32,000 nucleotides of DNA, from contig NZ_CP011034.1 in NCBI RefSeq assembly GCF_001465295.1, positions 2,790,001 to 2,822,000 of the forward strand, read 5' to 3'. The notes below the pieces were generated by a model. That model saw only the letters and a list, made by a program, of their open reading frames with translations. It was not told the origin of the DNA and searched no databases. Position numbers and translations under genes: made by a program. This stretch comes from Pseudoalteromonas translucida KMM 520. Its GTDB lineage: Bacteria; Pseudomonadota; Gammaproteobacteria; Enterobacterales; Alteromonadaceae. This document shows, one piece after another, positions 27,846-32,000 of the stretch (its first letter is position 1; every line of letters begins with the position of its first letter).

Positions 27846-30334
27846 GTATTTTCTGCTCCTGGGGTATTACGTTTGCGGGCATTTTTGCCTACTCTTTTAG
27901 GCTTTTTAACGGCCTTTTTTTTCGGTTTTTTATTTGCTGTGGCATCTACTGCTTTTTTGTCAGCTGGTTTAGTTGCCGACTTATTTGCAGGTTTGCCTTT
28001 ATCTTTACTTGCTGGCCTTTTTTTACCTTTAGGTTTTTCATCGCCATGCGATTTTTTACCCGGTACTTTGCCTGCTTTTAACTGTGAGCGCACGCTCGCA
28101 GGTGCATGCTCAGATTTATCAGCGCCTTTTGGCCCACGGCGGCGCGCGTATCGATCTTGCGCTTTATCGCCTTTAAGGGTTAAGTTTATACGTCTGTCTT
28201 CTAAGCTAACCGATGCAACACTTACCGTTACTTTATCGCCAAGGCGATATACTTTGTGCGTTTGCTCGCCTATTAAACAATGCTTTGCGGCGTCATGGGC
28301 AAAATACTCGTTGCCTAAGTTGGCAACATGAATAAGGCCATCAATTTGCAAATCATCTAAACGAATAAATAAACCAAAATTGGTTACCGATGAAATAACA
28401 CCGTCAAACTCAGTGCCAACGTGATCTTGCATAAACTCACATTTTAACCAATCGGCTACTTCGCGAGTAGCATCGTCGGCGCGGCGCTCTGTGGTAGAAC
28501 ACTGCTCACCTAACTTATCTACTTCGTCATCTGTGTATGCGTATTCGCCTGAAGTATGTTGGCCTTGTGCTTTAAGTACCGCTTTAATTGCACGATGCAC
28601 TACTAAGTCGGGATAACGACGAATTGGTGAAGTAAAGTGCGCATAAGCAGATAAGGCTAAGCCAAAGTGGCCTATGTTATCTGGTTGATACACAGCTTGC
28701 TTCATTGAGCGCAGCAGCATGGTTTGAATAAGCTCTGCTTCTGGGCGATCGCCTAAACGAGCTAGCACTTGAGTAATTTCTTTGGGTGTTGGCTCGTCGC
28801 TTAGCGTGCTTTCAATGCCAAGTTCGCCTAAAAACTTAGTAAAGTTACCTAGTTTTTCGCTATCTGGCTCGTCATGCACACGAAATAGCGCGCTGGCTTC
28901 GTGTTTTTCAAGTAATTTAGCCGCCGATACGTTGGCTAAAATCATACATTCTTCAATAAGTTTGTGCGCATCGTTACGAATAACCGGCACTATCGATTCT
29001 ATTTTACGCTGTGCGTTAAATACAAAACGGGTTTCGAGTGTTTCAAACTCAATTGCACCACGCTCTTGGCGAGCCGATTTAAGCGCTAAATACATTTGCT
29101 GTAAATCAGTTAAATGTGGCACTACATGCGCATATTCTTTACGTAGTTTTTCATCGTTTTGTAAAATGGCATTTACTTTGGTGTAAGTTAAACGTGCATG
29201 CGAATTCATTATCGCTTCGTAAAACTTATAACCCGAAAGCTTGCCCGAATCTGACACTGTCATTTCGGCAACCATACATAAGCGATCTACTTCAGGGTTA
29301 AGCGAACATAAGCCGTTAGACAATACTTTAGGCAGCATAGGAATTACTTGCTCAGGAAAATACACTGAGTTACCGCGCTCTATCGCTTCTTTGTTTAGCG
29401 GGGTGTTCATACCTACGTAATGCGACACATCGGCAATGGCAACCCATAAACGCCAACCACCTGACTTTTTAGGCTCACAATAAACGGCATCATCAAAGTC
29501 GCGTGCGTCTTCGCCATCTATGGTTACTAATGGTAGGTCGCGTAAATCTACGCGGTTTTGCTTGTCAGCCTCGTCAACAAATTCGCCAAGGTGGGCTACT
29601 TGCGCTTCAACTTCTTCAGGCCAAACGTGCGGAATATCGTGGTTACGCAAGGCAACTTCTATTTCCATACCTGGGGCTAAATGCTCGCCAAGTACGTCAA
29701 TTACTTTACCTACCGCGTTCATATTTCGGGTGGGGTTTTGCGTTATTTTAACTTGCACCATTTGGTTATGACGCGCGCCGTTTTCGCTTCCCGGTAAAAT
29801 CATTATGTCTTGGGTAATACGCGGATCTTCGGCAACTACAACAGCAATACCATGTTCAACAAAATAGCGGCCAACAATGGGCGCGCGCTCGTTAGTAAGC
29901 ACCTTTATAATACGTGCATCGCATTTTGAGCCAGAGCCACGTTTAGTGCCTTTAGCAAGTACAATGTCGCCGTGTAACACCATGTTCATTTGGTGTTTAG
30001 CAATAAACCAATCTTTATTCTCGCCTTCAACTTCTAAAAAGCCAAAACCGTCTCTGTGGCCTACTACTTTGCCTTTAGTTAAACCGGCTTCGTCAATTAG
30101 GGCGTAACATTTATGCTTATTAAAATACAGCTGGCCGTCACGTTCCATAGCACGAAGGCGGCGTTTAAATGCAATTTGCCGTTCTTCATCGTTTACCGCT
30201 AGTTCTTCACATAACTGTGCATAGTTAGCAGGTTTTGAACGCTCTTGAAGGTGAGTAAGTATAAACTCACGGCTAGGGACTGGGTTTTCGTACTTTTCTT
30301 GTTCTCGACTGAGATTTGGATCTTGGTTTGACAT
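27842..30334 (-). CDS. rnr: Ribonuclease R
   Basis: 830 aa. RNB-domain motifs are present ([29 protein letters not shown]), plus an S1 domain and a Lys-rich basic C-terminal tail. Confidence 0.95.
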   Translation of the reverse strand: MSNQDPNLSREQEKYENPVPSREFILTHLQERSKPANYAQLCEELAVNDEERQIAFKRRLRAMERDGQLYFNKHKCYALIDEAGLTKGKVVGHRDGFGFLEVEGENKDWFIAKHQMNMVLHGDIVLAKGTKRGSGSKCDARIIKVLTNERAPIVGRYFVEHGIAVVVAEDPRITQDIMILPGSENGARHNQMVQVKITQNPTRNMNAVGKVIDVLGEHLAPGMEIEVALRNHDIPHVWPEEVEAQVAHLGEFVDEADKQNRVDLRDLPLVTIDGEDARDFDDAVYCEPKKSGGWRLWVAIADVSHYVGMNTPLNKEAIERGNSVYFPEQVIPMLPKVLSNGLCSLNPEVDRLCMVAEMTVSDSGKLSGYKFYEAIMNSHARLTYTKVNAILQNDEKLRKEYAHVVPHLTDLQQMYLALKSARQERGAIEFETLETRFVFNAQRKIESIVPVIRNDAHKLIEECMILANVSAAKLLEKHEASALFRVHDEPDSEKLGNFTKFLGELGIESTLSDEPTPKEITQVLARLGDRPEAELIQTMLLRSMKQAVYQPDNIGHFGLALSAYAHFTSPIRRYPDLVVHRAIKAVLKAQGQHTSGEYAYTDDEVDKLGEQCSTTERRADDATREVADWLKCEFMQDHVGTEFDGVISSVTNFGLFIRLDDLQIDGLIHVANLGNEYFAHDAAKHCLIGEQTHKVYRLGDKVTVSVASVSLEDRRINLTLKGDKAQDRYARRRGPKGADKSEHAPASVRSQLKAGKVPGKKSHGDEKPKGKKRPASKDKGKPANKSATKPADKKAVDATANKKPKKKAVKKPKRVGKNARKRNTPGAENT

Positions 30335-30565
30335 TCACTATCTTGTTAGTTTGGTTATGTAGGTATTTTAACCCATATAGCTAAAATGAGACAGGTAAAA
30401 GCTATTAAACTTTTAAGAAAGCACTTTCACCTTACTTTTTGTGTTTTAAAACTTAGCCTAATAGGGCTTAACCCGCCCTTAATTTTGTGGCGGGTTTAGT
30501 CTACTATAAGTTAAAATTAGTAGCTCAAACAAACTCATCAAAGCCTATTCAGCACTAAGTTAGTA

Positions 30566-31300
30566 TTATTTTTGCTGTAAATTTTTCCATAGCAATTTAC
30601 TGATATTATCGATAAAGATCGGATCTTCTGCTTCCATGGTTAACACTATTTGTTTATTCATTTGGGTTTTATTTTGAGCGTAAATCCAACGGTTTTTATT
30701 AAATTGTTGTGCAAAGCCCAGGGCACCTGCTTGTAATTGAGCTTCATCAGCAAAAATAGCTTCTACTACTTTGTTATCTAATAACTCTTGTGCCCCCACT
30801 CGCATACCCGACATAGCTAAACGGTTAAAAAAGCTTTGTGGAATAGCTTTATTAATAATAGGAAACATTGATGGAAAAAATGGCACCATCACATCGACTT
30901 CAGGAAAACAAAAAAATCCCTTATCAGATTTCATTAGCCTAAAATCACAAGCGCAGGCTAATACCGCACCATTACCATAAGTGTGACCATTTAACGCGGC
31001 AATAATGGGCATAGGAAACGTAACAATACGTTTTAATAACGCGGTTACATCACTCATAAAGCTCGCAATTATTTCTGGGGTATTACTCGTATTAGCCATC
31101 CACTCTAGGTCAATTCCCAACGACCAATTTTTTTCACTGTTGGATGTAAGCACCACCGACTTAATATTTTTATCGGCTTCTATTTGATCTAGATGCTGAT
31201 TAAGCTCGGCCAAAAAACCTGGATTATGGCGATTTTCGGTGGTGTTCATGGTTAAAACGGCCGTGTGTTCTTCGGTTTTTATTGCTATAAAACGTGTCAT
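30566..31300 (-). CDS. Enoyl-CoA hydratase/isomerase (crotonase) family protein
   Basis: 244 aa with a crotonase-fold pattern: AVLTMN...NP...VVLTS....WSLGIDL...PIIAALNGHTYGNGAVLACACDFRLM. Confidence 0.75.
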   Translation of the reverse strand: MTRFIAIKTEEHTAVLTMNTTENRHNPGFLAELNQHLDQIEADKNIKSVVLTSNSEKNWSLGIDLEWMANTSNTPEIIASFMSDVTALLKRIVTFPMPIIAALNGHTYGNGAVLACACDFRLMKSDKGFFCFPEVDVMVPFFPSMFPIINKAIPQSFFNRLAMSGMRVGAQELLDNKVVEAIFADEAQLQAGALGFAQQFNKNRWIYAQNKTQMNKQIVLTMEAEDPIFIDNISKLLWKNLQQK

Positions 31301-31469
31301 TTATTCCCTCACTGAGTGTTTTAGATGCTTTTTTAGCGATTTTCATTACTTTTATGATTATCAGTAGCATACTAATACCTTGTATAAAATTTATAAACCC
31401 ACTATTACGTTTTCACTGTTTTAAACATCGCTGCAGCTAAGTCACTTTGCTTTAAACTCGGGCTTTGGC

Positions 31470-32000
31470 TTATAACCACCCCTTTTGCTTAGCTATGCGT
31501 GCCGCATCAATGCGATTTGTGGCATTTAATTTTGCTATCGCATCACAGAGGTAATTCCGCGTGGTCCCTTCGCTTATAAATAACTGTTTGGCTATTTCAC
31601 TGGTTTTAAGCCCGTCGCTTGCAAGCTTTAACGCCTTACGTTCTTTATCGGTCAGTGGATCTGAGTCATTTAGTGCATTAATAGCAAGCTCTGCATCAAT
31701 TACCTTTTGCCCCAGCATTACTTTTTTAAGGGCTGTTATTAATTCATCACTCGGCGCTTCTTTTAAAATAAAACCCTTTACGCCAGCACTTAAAGAACGC
31801 CTAATGTAACCGGCACGTGAGAAAGTGGTCATAATAACCATTTTTATAGCTGGGTATTTTACAGCTATTTGCTCACTCAGCTCGATGCCGTTCATGTGCG
31901 GCATTTCGATATCAGTTAAAATAATATCGGGCAGGGCATTACTTTCAAGCATGCTTACCGCTGCTAGTGCATCTTGGCCGTTACTTGCTTGACCAATAAC
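31470..32000 (-). CDS. NarL/FixJ-family response regulator (receiver plus LuxR-type HTH), N-terminus outside the window
   Basis: The frame stays open to base 32000 (VIGQASNGQDALAAVS precedes the tracked Met). It has a receiver segment PDIILTDIEMPHMNGIEL...VIMTTF and a C-terminal LTDKERKALKLASDGLKTSEIAKQLFISEGTTRNYLCDAIAKLN. Confidence 0.85.
   Translation of the reverse strand, partial: VIGQASNGQDALAAVSMLESNALPDIILTDIEMPHMNGIELSEQIAVKYPAIKMVIMTTFSRAGYIRRSLSAGVKGFILKEAPSDELITALKKVMLGQKVIDAELAINALNDSDPLTDKERKALKLASDGLKTSEIAKQLFISEGTTRNYLCDAIAKLNATNRIDAARIAKQKGWL

Noticed and set aside
27873-28331. 152-aa plus-strand ORF, plus other antisense ORFs inside rnr and rlmB (27151-27642, 28782-30107).
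   Set aside because: They are antisense shadows of rnr and rlmB. The 152-aa one is the complement of the Lys-rich tail (poly-Phe/Leu).
30466-30497. Hairpin aacccgcc...ggcgggtt downstream of the crotonase-family gene, as a possible terminator.
   Set aside because: The stem is short, with an 11-nt loop and no T-run on the relevant strand. That is too weak to call.

Overview
This looks like a chromosomal segment of a marine gammaproteobacterium. Gene content (gcvT-gcvH-gcvP, rnr-rlmB, yajD, acpH) and composition look Alteromonadales/Pseudoalteromonas-like, but that taxonomic call is inference only.

Most of the window is ordinary core genome:
- a partial SulP/STAS permease, two LysR regulators and a paired SMR exporter
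- a GGDEF cyclase, yajD and acpH
- a HigB/HigA-type toxin-antitoxin pair
- the glycine-cleavage operon, a TonB-dependent receptor, rlmB and rnr
- a crotonase-family enzyme and a partial NarL-type response regulator

The outlier is a roughly 10.2-kb island at 8039-18260. It looks clearly more AT-rich by eye (not computed). I read it as a decayed Tn7-like transposon inserted 7 bp downstream of the gcvP stop codon. The evidence:
- a 5-bp target-site duplication TCTGC
- 28-bp imperfect terminal inverted repeats starting TGTCA
- three spaced copies of AATTAAGTTTGTGA at one end and three packed inverted copies at the other
- a TnsA homologue with its catalytic E/D/K residues present

tnsB, tnsC and tnsD/tniQ are absent. 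An IS3-family IS (13088-14352, A AAA AAG frameshift site, no flanking direct repeat) sits exactly where tnsB should begin.

The cargo looks like a stack of defence modules:
1. A translationally coupled DUF3644-like plus SIR2-like (predicted NADase) gene pair.
2. An orphan CARF plus PD-(D/E)xK nuclease (Card1/Can2-like), preceded by a small 3-TM protein. No cas10, CRISPR array or cyclase is present in the window.
3. A 1055-aa ORFan whose 5' end abuts the IS.
4. A 119-aa ORF tightly coupled to tnsA.

The SIR2 pair and the signal-generator-less CARF nuclease are my best candidates for an undescribed system.

All coordinates were hand-counted, so allow about 2 bp of error. All homology calls come from motif recognition by eye, not from searches.
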